A stretch of 64,000 bases of DNA from a virus (lineage: Duplodnaviria; Heunggongvirae; Uroviricota; Caudoviricetes), in the IMG/VR virus record IMGVR_UViG_3300025387_000012, positions 1 through 64,000 of that record. One strand, written 5' to 3'. A program made the translations under genes and the position numbers. Under the pieces are notes generated by a model that was not told the DNA's origin, did not search any database, and worked only from the letters and a program-made list of their open reading frames with translations. The number at the start of each line of letters is the position of its first letter. Position 1 is the first letter of the stretch. Shown in pieces: positions 27,803 to 36,339 of this stretch.

Positions 27803-28577
27803 GCTGGTAATCTGTGGCGACAGCTTTAACGCTGGCATTGGATGTCGTGACCTCTTCACACAGCCATACGGGATTCTTCTTGCGCAGAAGCTGGGATATG
27901 ATCCTATCATTCTAGCTCGTGGTAGCGCTAGCAACTTCGCTGTCTATCTTCAGGCGAAGTGGGCAGCTGAACATATCGTCAGCGAAGGCGATGTCGTTGT
28001 CATCAGCGTGACGAGCTACGACCGCATTGAGTGGATCGCTGAAGGGAAGAGCAATGCTCACCCAGCAACTCTAGGCGCCAACAACATTAACTATCACCAG
28101 TACCCTCCGCACCACGGGTACTACGACACGCGCCACTATCCTTTCTACTTTGAAGGCCGTGAAGAGTATGACCCTAAGCTGCTCACAGAGCAGATTCCAG
28201 CGTTCGATGACTACCTTGGCATCCACAAGAAGAAGCACCAAGGCAGCATCCAGTACTACAAGCGCCTACATTCAGAACCAGTTCCTAAGATCGAACTGAT
28301 GCTCGACTACTGCATGAACGTGATGGACTACGACATCAAAAGGCAATACGACATTGGTTTGATCTTCATGGCTTACACCATGCTGAAGAGAAAGGGCATT
28401 CGCTGCATCGTGCTCTCACATGATGAGATGGTCAAAGCAATGGTCGGTGAAGACACGGTCAGCATCAACTGGGGCGAGTACACCCTCAAGTACCCTGACA
28501 CGATTGGCAGTGGTCATGCTTCTGAGGAAGCACATGTTGAAATCGCGGACATTCTCTATGAGCATCTTCAGCCATGA
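27795..28577 (+). CDS. SGNH/GDSL-like protein, paralog 2
   Basis: LVICGDSFNAGIGC block I; clear paralog of 28574 gene (ILARGSASNFAVYLQA vs NLGRGGASNYAIYLQA). Confidence 0.55.
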   Translation: MGKLVICGDSFNAGIGCRDLFTQPYGILLAQKLGYDPIILARGSASNFAVYLQAKWAAEHIVSEGDVVVISVTSYDRIEWIAEGKSNAHPATLGANNINYHQYPPHHGYYDTRHYPFYFEGREEYDPKLLTEQIPAFDDYLGIHKKKHQGSIQYYKRLHSEPVPKIELMLDYCMNVMDYDIKRQYDIGLIFMAYTMLKRKGIRCIVLSHDEMVKAMVGEDTVSINWGEYTLKYPDTIGSGHASEEAHVEIADILYEHLQP

Positions 28578-29350
28578 AGATGGGATTCTGTGGTGACAGC
28601 TTTACCGCCGGCATTGGGTGCATGAATCTCTATGAGCAACCATATCCGATTCTTACGAGCAAGCACTTCAATGCTAAGCTGACCAATCTTGGCAGAGGTG
28701 GCGCAAGCAACTACGCCATCTATCTTCAGGCCATTCATGCTATTGAGGAGGTCAAGGTTGACATTCTGGTCATTAGCATGACAAGCATGGATCGCTTTGA
28801 CTGGATCGCTGAAGGTCATGACGCGGAATACATCACCGCCAGAAACATTAACTATCATGACTACGCACCATTCAACTTCCCTCAGCCAAACCATGACAAG
28901 CCACTCGTTCACCCATTTGCAAAAGACCCAGAGTATGATCCTCTTCTTCTGTCTCAGAACGTATCGACGATAGTTGAAGCGATCAAGAAGCCAGACATAG
29001 CAGCGCTTGCGCTCAAGAAGGAACCAAAGGCCAAGCTAAAGAAGATTCTTGACTTTTATGCTGATGTTCTTCCATGGCACGTCAAGATCAGCTATGACGT
29101 CGGGCTGATGGCAGCTGCCTACACCAGAGCAAAGAAGGCTGGGATCAACTGCATCGTCATTGGCTTTGAAAAGGAACTCCTCGCCACCATTCCACCCGAG
29201 GATTTGATTAACCATAACTGGTTTGCCTTCAGCCACCAGTATCCTGATTCAATCAAGAGCATGCACGCGAGTGAAGATGGGCATCAAGCCTTCTCTGAGA
29301 CCCTTATCAAAAGGATAGAGCAAAATGGCTATCACAACTCTGTACGCTAA
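28574..29350 (+). CDS. SGNH/GDSL-like protein, paralog 3
   Basis: GFCGDSFTAGIGC block I; C-terminal ASEDGHQAF (DxxH block V). Confidence 0.55.
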   Translation: MKMGFCGDSFTAGIGCMNLYEQPYPILTSKHFNAKLTNLGRGGASNYAIYLQAIHAIEEVKVDILVISMTSMDRFDWIAEGHDAEYITARNINYHDYAPFNFPQPNHDKPLVHPFAKDPEYDPLLLSQNVSTIVEAIKKPDIAALALKKEPKAKLKKILDFYADVLPWHVKISYDVGLMAAAYTRAKKAGINCIVIGFEKELLATIPPEDLINHNWFAFSHQYPDSIKSMHASEDGHQAFSETLIKRIEQNGYHNSVR

Positions 29351-30146
29351 TGGCTGCTCTTGGACTGCGGGAGATGGAGTAGAGCAGGATCCTTTCTTCG
29401 TTGAAATGTTCCCCAACATGACTCCCGTTCAAAAGCGAAATGCTCTAGGCCTTGACATCGCCAACTACGCGTGGCCTCGTTACCTTGCTGAACGACTTAA
29501 CATTCCTAACGTAGTGAATGATGCGATCGGCGGTGGCAGTAACGCTCGCGCATTCCGAATGACCCTTGAATATGTTGCTAAGCTTACTGAAGAGCAAAGA
29601 GCTGAAACTCTAGTCATCATCGGCTGGACAACGATTGAGCGCGGTGAAATCTACCTTCACGGTGAAACGAGTGTTGAAGGTCAAGGTGGCCCAGGCTGGT
29701 ATCGCTTCAACGCTGGTCAACCATTCACTGCCTACTACAACTGCTTCAGCAAATCCAAGCTCCAAAACCTCAATAAATACCATGAGCTATATGTCACTGA
29801 GGTATATGACGACGCTGCTGCGATCGAGATGAACTTTCTTCAGGTGTTCAGCCTGAAGAACACTCTTGAAAATCTTGGCGTCAAGTATCTGTTTTTCTCT
29901 GCTCTGAATGGTGGTCTATCAGGACCTCACCCATCAGCAGAAGTAAAACAGAAAGACTTGATGTTCACGCCACTTCTTCGCTGCAACAACATCATCGATC
30001 TGAAGTATTCGTACAATAGGTTTGTAGTAGAAAAACGGCTACCACTGTCTTCATGCATTCATCCACTCATTGAGACCAACAAAGTGTGGGCTGAGTATTT
30101 GGATAATGAGCTGAATGCTCGCAACATCTTAGGAGATCCTTCATGA
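29325..30146 (+). CDS. SGNH-like protein, paralog 4 (divergent: Cys replaces Asp in block I)
   Basis: LYANGCSWTAGDG aligns with ANGDSWTFG of paralog 1. Confidence 0.45.
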   Translation: MAITTLYANGCSWTAGDGVEQDPFFVEMFPNMTPVQKRNALGLDIANYAWPRYLAERLNIPNVVNDAIGGGSNARAFRMTLEYVAKLTEEQRAETLVIIGWTTIERGEIYLHGETSVEGQGGPGWYRFNAGQPFTAYYNCFSKSKLQNLNKYHELYVTEVYDDAAAIEMNFLQVFSLKNTLENLGVKYLFFSALNGGLSGPHPSAEVKQKDLMFTPLLRCNNIIDLKYSYNRFVVEKRLPLSSCIHPLIETNKVWAEYLDNELNARNILGDPS

Positions 30147-30247
30147 TCGACTTCTTTAAGAACATCATCTACCAAATCAAGAGCAAGATTAAGTACCACC
30201 AAAAGATGAAAGAAATCCGCAAGAGGGACCCGTATATCTACAAATGA
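30143..30247 (+). CDS. micro-ORF (34 aa, Lys-rich) translationally coupled on both sides
   Basis: ATGA overlaps with both neighbouring genes fill the 97-nt gap exactly. Confidence 0.25.
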   Translation: MIDFFKNIIYQIKSKIKYHQKMKEIRKRDPYIYK

Positions 30248-30939
30248 TTAAGGTCATCAGCAAATCTTCATCTGATCAAATCTACGCCAACACTTCCTAT
30301 ATCTTCTACAGAAGCTCTGTTGAAAACGGAAGTCTAATCTTTGGTGGTAACTTTGACAGGCTCGTGTACGTCGTGGATGGTGCTTTTACCGTTCAGGGCC
30401 ACGCACTTGAGCCCGGCGATACGGTGCAAATCAAGGGTCGCGTAACGTCTGTTGATGGCACTGGCACGCTCTACGTAGCGCAAGCCGCCATCCCGCATGA
30501 AGACATTCAGCAAATCGTCAAGATCACCAGGGCAGGTGCTCACTACAAGGTAGTGAAGCCGTGGGGCCATGAGCTATGGCTCAACGGCGAAGGTGCTCCA
30601 TTCTGCGCGAAGAAGATCTTCATCAAGGCCGGAAATCAGACAAGCCTGCAGTACCACAACTTCAAGGAAGAGACCAACCTTGTAGAAGATGGTCAGGTTG
30701 TTCTTGTCACGCAAGCAGACATGTCTGTCGCCATCGATGATGTGCAATCGCAGCATCTCCAAGAAACCACATTCGCTGGTCCAGTCTGCTTTCACGTTAT
30801 ACCTCGCACCATTCACAGACTGCGAGCCATTACTGACCTTAACCTTTTCGAAGTCTCTACACCGCATCTCGATGATGTCATTAGACTTCAAGATGATGCT
30901 AATCGTTCACACGGACGTATAGATAGCGAGCACCAATGA
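30244..30939 (+). CDS. cupin-fold sugar(-phosphate) isomerase-like protein
   Basis: KPWGHELWL motif typical of type II phosphomannose-isomerase/cupin sugar isomerases; conserved His/Gln (SLQYHNFKEE). Confidence 0.55.
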   Translation: MIKVISKSSSDQIYANTSYIFYRSSVENGSLIFGGNFDRLVYVVDGAFTVQGHALEPGDTVQIKGRVTSVDGTGTLYVAQAAIPHEDIQQIVKITRAGAHYKVVKPWGHELWLNGEGAPFCAKKIFIKAGNQTSLQYHNFKEETNLVEDGQVVLVTQADMSVAIDDVQSQHLQETTFAGPVCFHVIPRTIHRLRAITDLNLFEVSTPHLDDVIRLQDDANRSHGRIDSEHQ

Positions 30940-32444
30940 AGACCGTCGTACTCCTCACCGCTGGCACTGGAACTCGGATGGGGAAGTATTCGAGCGTCAT
31001 CAACAAGACGTTGCTTCCTATCAAAGACAAGGCGATCATCTCTCACATTATTTCTCAGTTTGATGCTGACACCGAGTTCGTAGTTGCGCTTGGTTACAAG
31101 GGCGACATGGTCAGAACCTACCTTGAGCTTGCCCATGAGACATCCAAGTTTACCTTCGTTGAGGTAGAAGACTTCGATGGTCCCGGTGCAGGTCCAGCGC
31201 AATCCCTCATTCAGTGCCGCGACAAGCTCAACGGTCCATTCTACATCATCGCGTGTGACGCCCATTACGAAGGGCTAAACAACATTGATGAGAGCACCAA
31301 CGTTGTTTGCGTTGCGCCAGTAAGCATCGAGCTTTCGCCGGCCTACTGCAATGTTGAGCTAGATGGATCAAGAATATCCAAGATCGTTGACAAGCAGTAC
31401 TGCACGAGTGGACTGGCTGTCAGTGGTGCGTTCTTCATCAAGGACACCGAACCTTTCTGGAACGCTTTGACTGGATCTGAGCTCTCGACCGGATGGTCTG
31501 TCCTTGAGACCCACGCCGTCGAACTGCCATGGCACGACCTTGGCACCTTCGACAAGTACCAAGCCTTCTACCTTGAGAACTCTCCCTATGACTTTAGCAA
31601 GACCGATGAGTTCCTCTACATCATCAATGGTAGAGTGATCAAGTGGTTCAGGGACAAGACGATCACTGACAACCGCGTCCTCCGTATTCAGGGTCGTGAG
31701 CACCTCTTCCCAACGATTGACTTCCAAAAGGACGGCTTCTACTCCTACAAGTTTGTGCCAGGTGAAGTACTCTATCAGTGCGTTACTCCTCAAATCTTTG
31801 AAGACTTCCTGAAATGGATGTCGTTTGAAGTATGGCCAGTTCGTCGAAGCACAAGCGTCAGACTTACTAACGCAATGTGCCGTGACTTCTACTATACGAA
31901 GACCATGAAGCGCTTGGATATGTTCCGTGACAAGTATCCAGACTTCAACCCCAAAGTCATTAACAATCAGGTGATGAAGGTTGACATGGACAATGGGTTG
32001 AAGCTCATTAACTGGAAAGCAGTCTGTGAAGAAGAGATGTACCAACGCTCTGCCTTTATTCACGGTGACTTGCAGTTTGACAATGTCATCTACGATGGTA
32101 GCAAGTTTACCATCCTTGACTGGCGCCAAGACTTTGCGGGCAATCTTCAGGTTGGCGATCTCTACTACGATGCTGCAAAGCTGCTTGGTGGCATGATCCT
32201 TAACTACGACCTCATCCGTCAAAACCAGTTCAGATTTACTGAAGACGGCGACAGCTGCACCTTCGCATACACCGCGCGTCATGAGTATCAGCCCCTTCGC
32301 GAAAGACTTCAGCACCTGCTGCCAAGTCCTATCATCGACGATCTTATCACGATCATCTTCCTCAACATGGCCCCGCTGCACTCAGCTCCCTTTGACAAGC
32401 TGCTCTACTGCCTGGCATTGGAGCGTCTCAATGGACTTGCTTGA
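30936..32444 (+). CDS. bifunctional sugar-phosphate nucleotidyltransferase / APH-ChoK-type kinase
   Basis: N-term VVLLTAGTGTRMG (sugar-1-P NTP-transferase G-loop); C-term HGDLQFDNVIYDGSKFTILDWRQDFAG (Brenner motif HGDxxxxN + DxxF of aminoglycoside/choline kinase fold). Confidence 0.65.
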   Translation: MKTVVLLTAGTGTRMGKYSSVINKTLLPIKDKAIISHIISQFDADTEFVVALGYKGDMVRTYLELAHETSKFTFVEVEDFDGPGAGPAQSLIQCRDKLNGPFYIIACDAHYEGLNNIDESTNVVCVAPVSIELSPAYCNVELDGSRISKIVDKQYCTSGLAVSGAFFIKDTEPFWNALTGSELSTGWSVLETHAVELPWHDLGTFDKYQAFYLENSPYDFSKTDEFLYIINGRVIKWFRDKTITDNRVLRIQGREHLFPTIDFQKDGFYSYKFVPGEVLYQCVTPQIFEDFLKWMSFEVWPVRRSTSVRLTNAMCRDFYYTKTMKRLDMFRDKYPDFNPKVINNQVMKVDMDNGLKLINWKAVCEEEMYQRSAFIHGDLQFDNVIYDGSKFTILDWRQDFAGNLQVGDLYYDAAKLLGGMILNYDLIRQNQFRFTEDGDSCTFAYTARHEYQPLRERLQHLLPSPIIDDLITIIFLNMAPLHSAPFDKLLYCLALERLNGLA

Positions 32445-33237
32445 TGTAGTTAAAACGGCAGGTGACGAGATCATCTGCGCGTCCCTCAGCCAGAAGCCAG
32501 GAAAGTTTGGAGCGACCATCCACAACGCCGGCTTCAAGCACCTTGGCCTAAACTATCGCTATGTCGGCTGCGCCGAAACCAATATCGAGCGCGGACTTCA
32601 GATCGCCAGAGAGCATGGCGTTCGCGGAGTAGGCATCTCAATGCCATTCAAGGTCGCCGCCCTCAACCTTATGGACGAGGTTCATGATACAGCGCTGTTC
32701 GCTGGAGCAGTAAATACAGTCGTAAATGATAACGGTTGGCTGACGGGATACAATACTGACGTTGCTGGCTTTAGCGCTCTTGCAGAGGAAGCAAACCTCC
32801 AGCGAGACGATCGCATCTGCATCCATGGATCAGGTGGGGTAGCTAGAGCCGTTCTTGTTGCGCTCAAGGATTACTCGGACGTGTCTATCTACGCCAGAAA
32901 CCAGCGTGAAGCTGCTGTTCTTGGCGACAAGTATGGCCGTCCTGTCTACCACTTTACCCATCCTAAGCGTGAACACGGTGCGGTCATTAACTGCACTCCA
33001 GTCGGTATGAATGATGAAGTTATCAGTTTCATTGACCTTGACGCCATGACAAAGTTCATCGACGTAATCGTGAAAGAAACGCCAAACGTTAGAGCGGTAA
33101 GAGCAGCTGGAAAGCCAGCCTTTACCGGCGAGACTATGGCTCTTCATCAAGCGTTTGCCCAGTTTGAGCTCTACACAGGTGTTAAGGCCCCAACCGAAGA
33201 AATGGTAAGAGCCCTAAATGCTGCATCCCAAACTTAG
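32431..33237 (+). CDS. shikimate/quinate dehydrogenase (AroE)-like NAD(P)-dependent oxidoreductase
   Basis: SLSQKPGKFGATIHNAGFKHLGLNYRY, GISMPFKVAAL, GAVNTVVNDNGWLTGYNTDVAGF - canonical AroE substrate-domain motifs; Rossmann GSGGVARA. Confidence 0.6.
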   Translation: MDLLDVVKTAGDEIICASLSQKPGKFGATIHNAGFKHLGLNYRYVGCAETNIERGLQIAREHGVRGVGISMPFKVAALNLMDEVHDTALFAGAVNTVVNDNGWLTGYNTDVAGFSALAEEANLQRDDRICIHGSGGVARAVLVALKDYSDVSIYARNQREAAVLGDKYGRPVYHFTHPKREHGAVINCTPVGMNDEVISFIDLDAMTKFIDVIVKETPNVRAVRAAGKPAFTGETMALHQAFAQFELYTGVKAPTEEMVRALNAASQT

Positions 33238-33703
33238 GCACTTCGTTGTTGACGTCGATGGCGTCATGACTACCGGACAGTTCATCTACACAGCTGACGG
33301 AAAGGTAGGTAAAGTGTTTGGGCCACATGACAGCGACGGCCTAAAGCTTATCAAGCATCTCATCAACATCCAGTTCATAACTGCAGACCAACGTGGCTTT
33401 GACATCTCAAAGAAACGCATCGTTGATGATATGGGTTATCCGTTGACCCTTGTCACTGAAGCAGAGCGCGAGAGCTACATTGAGCAGCTCGGGTTTGACT
33501 TCACGGCGTTTATGGGAGATGGCTACTACGACGCACCTGTCCTTCAGAAGTGCGCTATTGGCATCGCTCCAGCCAGTGCGCGCTATGAAGCAAAACGCGC
33601 CGCACGTTTCATAACGAGTTCACGGGCAGCTGAAGGCGCCTTGATGGACGCGTGCATCTATCTCAAGGGTATCCTGACACATGAGTACGACAAAGAAGAT
33701 TGA
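33218..33703 (+). CDS. KdsC-like HAD phosphatase (sugar-phosphate phosphatase)
   Basis: FVVDVDGVMTTGQFIY (DxDGVxTDG), ITADQRGFDISKKRIVDDMG, FMGDGYYDAPVLQKC (GDxxxD) as in Kdo-8-P phosphatase family. Confidence 0.65.
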   Translation: MLHPKLRHFVVDVDGVMTTGQFIYTADGKVGKVFGPHDSDGLKLIKHLINIQFITADQRGFDISKKRIVDDMGYPLTLVTEAERESYIEQLGFDFTAFMGDGYYDAPVLQKCAIGIAPASARYEAKRAARFITSSRAAEGALMDACIYLKGILTHEYDKED

Positions 33704-34697
33704 ACTTGAAGTTGGCATCGGGCCTATGAGCCTTGAAGTCATCGACGCGGTAGTGAAGTACGCGAACAAGAGAGATCGTGACCTCATGCTTATCGCCTCG
33801 CGTAACCAAATCGAGTGCGAGACGCTCGGCAGCGGTTATGTTGGTGGCCTGCACTCGAAGACCTTTGTTGACTATGTTCGCGGTAGAGACATGGATCGTC
33901 GCGTAAAGATTTGCCGCGACCACTGTGGTCCATACCTTCACGCTGCTGAGAAAGGCATGTCATATGAAGAGGCCATGGAGCGCGTCATCGAAAGTCTGAA
34001 GACCGACATGACCTGTGGCTTCGATCTTATCCACGTCGACACCTCGCTTGCTCCAGACCCTTACAAAGCGGCTGAGCTTATGTTCTCGACCCTTGAAAGG
34101 TCTAAGCGCGATCTCGAGTATGAGTTCGGCACCGAGGACAACGTGGGCACAGCTGTCTCCGCAAAGAAGTTTGAGCACGACATTCTGTTCGTAAAGCAGT
34201 TCGTCAACCCTCGCTTCGTCGTTGGTCAGACCGGCTCGCTCGTTAAGAGCATCCATCAGGTTGGTACCTTCGCTCCTGACACCGTCAAGCAGCTGGTTGA
34301 AATCGCCAACAAGCATAGCGTGAAGCTCAAGGAGCACAACGCAGATTACATCTCGCACGCTGAAGTCAATGAGCGCAAGAAGCTTGGTGTTGGTGCTATC
34401 AACGTAGCACCAGAGTTTGGTGTTGCTCAGACGCAGGTCCTGATCGAGCTTGCCAACCGTTGGAGACTTGAAGATGAGCTGAACAAGTTCATGAAGGTCG
34501 TCGTCAAGGGTGGCAAGTGGAAGAAGTGGAAGCACGGCACCGACTGGGATGACAAGCTGAAGTTCCTTTCCGCAGGTCACTACCACTTCACATCTCCCGA
34601 GTACATCCGCCTGGTTGACATGATCAACCAAAAGGAAAAGTTCGGTGCGGCAGTCGAGAAGAAGATCTTCAAGCTGATCGACAACTATGCAAAATGA
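33681..34697 (+). CDS. GatZ/KbaZ-like (tagatose-bisphosphate aldolase/kinase family) protein
   Basis: Collinear motifs with GatZ: GIGPMSLEVIDAV, LMLIASRNQIECETLGSGYVGGL, ICRDHCGPY, LIHVDTSL. Confidence 0.55.
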   Translation: MSTTKKIELEVGIGPMSLEVIDAVVKYANKRDRDLMLIASRNQIECETLGSGYVGGLHSKTFVDYVRGRDMDRRVKICRDHCGPYLHAAEKGMSYEEAMERVIESLKTDMTCGFDLIHVDTSLAPDPYKAAELMFSTLERSKRDLEYEFGTEDNVGTAVSAKKFEHDILFVKQFVNPRFVVGQTGSLVKSIHQVGTFAPDTVKQLVEIANKHSVKLKEHNADYISHAEVNERKKLGVGAINVAPEFGVAQTQVLIELANRWRLEDELNKFMKVVVKGGKWKKWKHGTDWDDKLKFLSAGHYHFTSPEYIRLVDMINQKEKFGAAVEKKIFKLIDNYAK

Positions 34698-35464
34698 AGG
34701 TTGCGGTCTGCATAAGCGGTCAGCTTAGGACTGGCCTTCGGTGTCTAGAAAATCAAGCTCACTTCTTGAGAGGGCTTGATGCAGACTTCTTCCTACATAC
34801 GTGGTCTACCAACACCAACAAGCGCTTTCCTCGCGATCATGAAGAGACACCTGTACCTCGTCAGGTCATAAAGGACTATGTCTCTGCTCTGAAGCCAAAG
34901 CGCTGGACGTTTGAAGATCAGCACCTCAACTTTAGAGGTGGCAAGGACATCGCGCCAGTAGCCCTTCACTATTCTTGGATGAAGAGCGTTCAGCTCAAGC
35001 AAGAGCATGAGCGTCACACAGGTGTCAGCTACGACGCAGTCATCAAGATCCGTCCTGACCTTCTTCTCAGGCCAGAAAGAAATCCAGCGTCAAGCATTCT
35101 CGAGAAGGTTTATGGTAAGCGCAAGCTCATCATTGAAAACATTCCTGAGTGGTGGAAGGTTATGGATTGGCATGATGATGTCATGTGGTTTGGTGACAAT
35201 GAGACCATGAACATGGCGACTGAATACTTTCAGCAGACCTATGTCGAGCGCACCAATGCTGAAGCATTTGGCTTCTTCGCAGACAAGAGAGGTGTTGATG
35301 TTGATGGCACCTATGAGTTCTCTTATGCCGTCTATCGAAAAGAATGCGAGCACTTTGACCCAATGACTCAATATGAAGAGTGCTTCGAGTGCGAGACACA
35401 CTACACCAGTACAGCGTGCACAACCTTGGCAACACCTGAAGAATCTCCGGACTACTACTCATGA
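34694..35464 (+). CDS. uncharacterised 'AVCLSGQxRTW' family protein, paralog 3
   Basis: MKVAVCISGQLRTG, YDAVIKIRPDLL, DDVMWFGDNETM. Confidence 0.55.
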   Translation: MKVAVCISGQLRTGLRCLENQAHFLRGLDADFFLHTWSTNTNKRFPRDHEETPVPRQVIKDYVSALKPKRWTFEDQHLNFRGGKDIAPVALHYSWMKSVQLKQEHERHTGVSYDAVIKIRPDLLLRPERNPASSILEKVYGKRKLIIENIPEWWKVMDWHDDVMWFGDNETMNMATEYFQQTYVERTNAEAFGFFADKRGVDVDGTYEFSYAVYRKECEHFDPMTQYEECFECETHYTSTACTTLATPEESPDYYS

Positions 35465-36294
35465 GGATTGCTCTTTGCTACAGCGGCCAGATCCGCACAG
35501 GTCGAAAGTGCATTGAAAACCAGATCAGGTTTCTCGGTGAGCACGCGAAGGCTGACACCTTCCTCCACACGTGGACCCACAACTCCAATCGAAAGTTCCC
35601 AGGCATCCGCGGAATAACCAGGGTACCACAGGAGCAGATTGACAGCTACGTTCAAGAGCTGAACCCAATCGCTTCTTTGGTTGAGGATCCAATCGAGCGT
35701 GGTATCTACGCAGCTCACGCTGCTTACTGGCCGCCTGCTCAGTCTCTCTTCTATTCGTGGCGTGAAAGCATCCGCATCATGCACGAGTATGAAGAGCAGA
35801 TGGGAATCAAGTACGACGTTGTCGTCAAGCTGCGCCCCGACATTATCTTCTCAGATCGTTGGAGACTAGAAGACGACCTTGAAGCTGCCGCGAGTGGAAA
35901 GTTTCTCATTCCCAAGTTGACGCACAATCCAACTTGGATGGATGATGAAAGAATCTACGATGACTTCTTTGTAACTACTGGCGACAACATGCGCAAGGCT
36001 CTTGGCTTCTACACGGAAGCTTTTGAGGACAAGACAACAGGTCACATTAACTTCGGCAGATGGCTGCACGATAATGGCATGTCTCCTGAGATGCCGTCAC
36101 GCTCCGAGTTCATGATCTACCGAAAGGAAGCCCAGGACCTTAACCCAATGGTGGACTACGACAAGATCGCTGTAGGCCTTACGCGACTGCGAGCCACAGG
36201 CCCATTCTTCTACAACGATCCCAACGCTAGGGTTAACCCTGATGCCGCGGTCATTATCATCCAGCCTGGTGAAAGCGCCGACTATTACAAATAG
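35461..36294 (+). CDS. uncharacterised 'AVCLSGQxRTW' family protein, paralog 4
   Basis: MRIALCYSGQIRTG, YDVVVKLRPDII, DDFFVTTGDNMR. Confidence 0.55.
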   Translation: MRIALCYSGQIRTGRKCIENQIRFLGEHAKADTFLHTWTHNSNRKFPGIRGITRVPQEQIDSYVQELNPIASLVEDPIERGIYAAHAAYWPPAQSLFYSWRESIRIMHEYEEQMGIKYDVVVKLRPDIIFSDRWRLEDDLEAAASGKFLIPKLTHNPTWMDDERIYDDFFVTTGDNMRKALGFYTEAFEDKTTGHINFGRWLHDNGMSPEMPSRSEFMIYRKEAQDLNPMVDYDKIAVGLTRLRATGPFFYNDPNARVNPDAAVIIIQPGESADYYK

Positions 36295-36308
36295 GCTGTT
36301 TACAATCT

Positions 36309-36339
36309 CATCAAAGCGATATACGATATCCGAATGACA
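36309..36339 (+). promoter_or_regulatory. promoter, conserved family (TTTACA...TATACGAT)
   Basis: GGCTGTTTACAATC. Confidence 0.5.
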
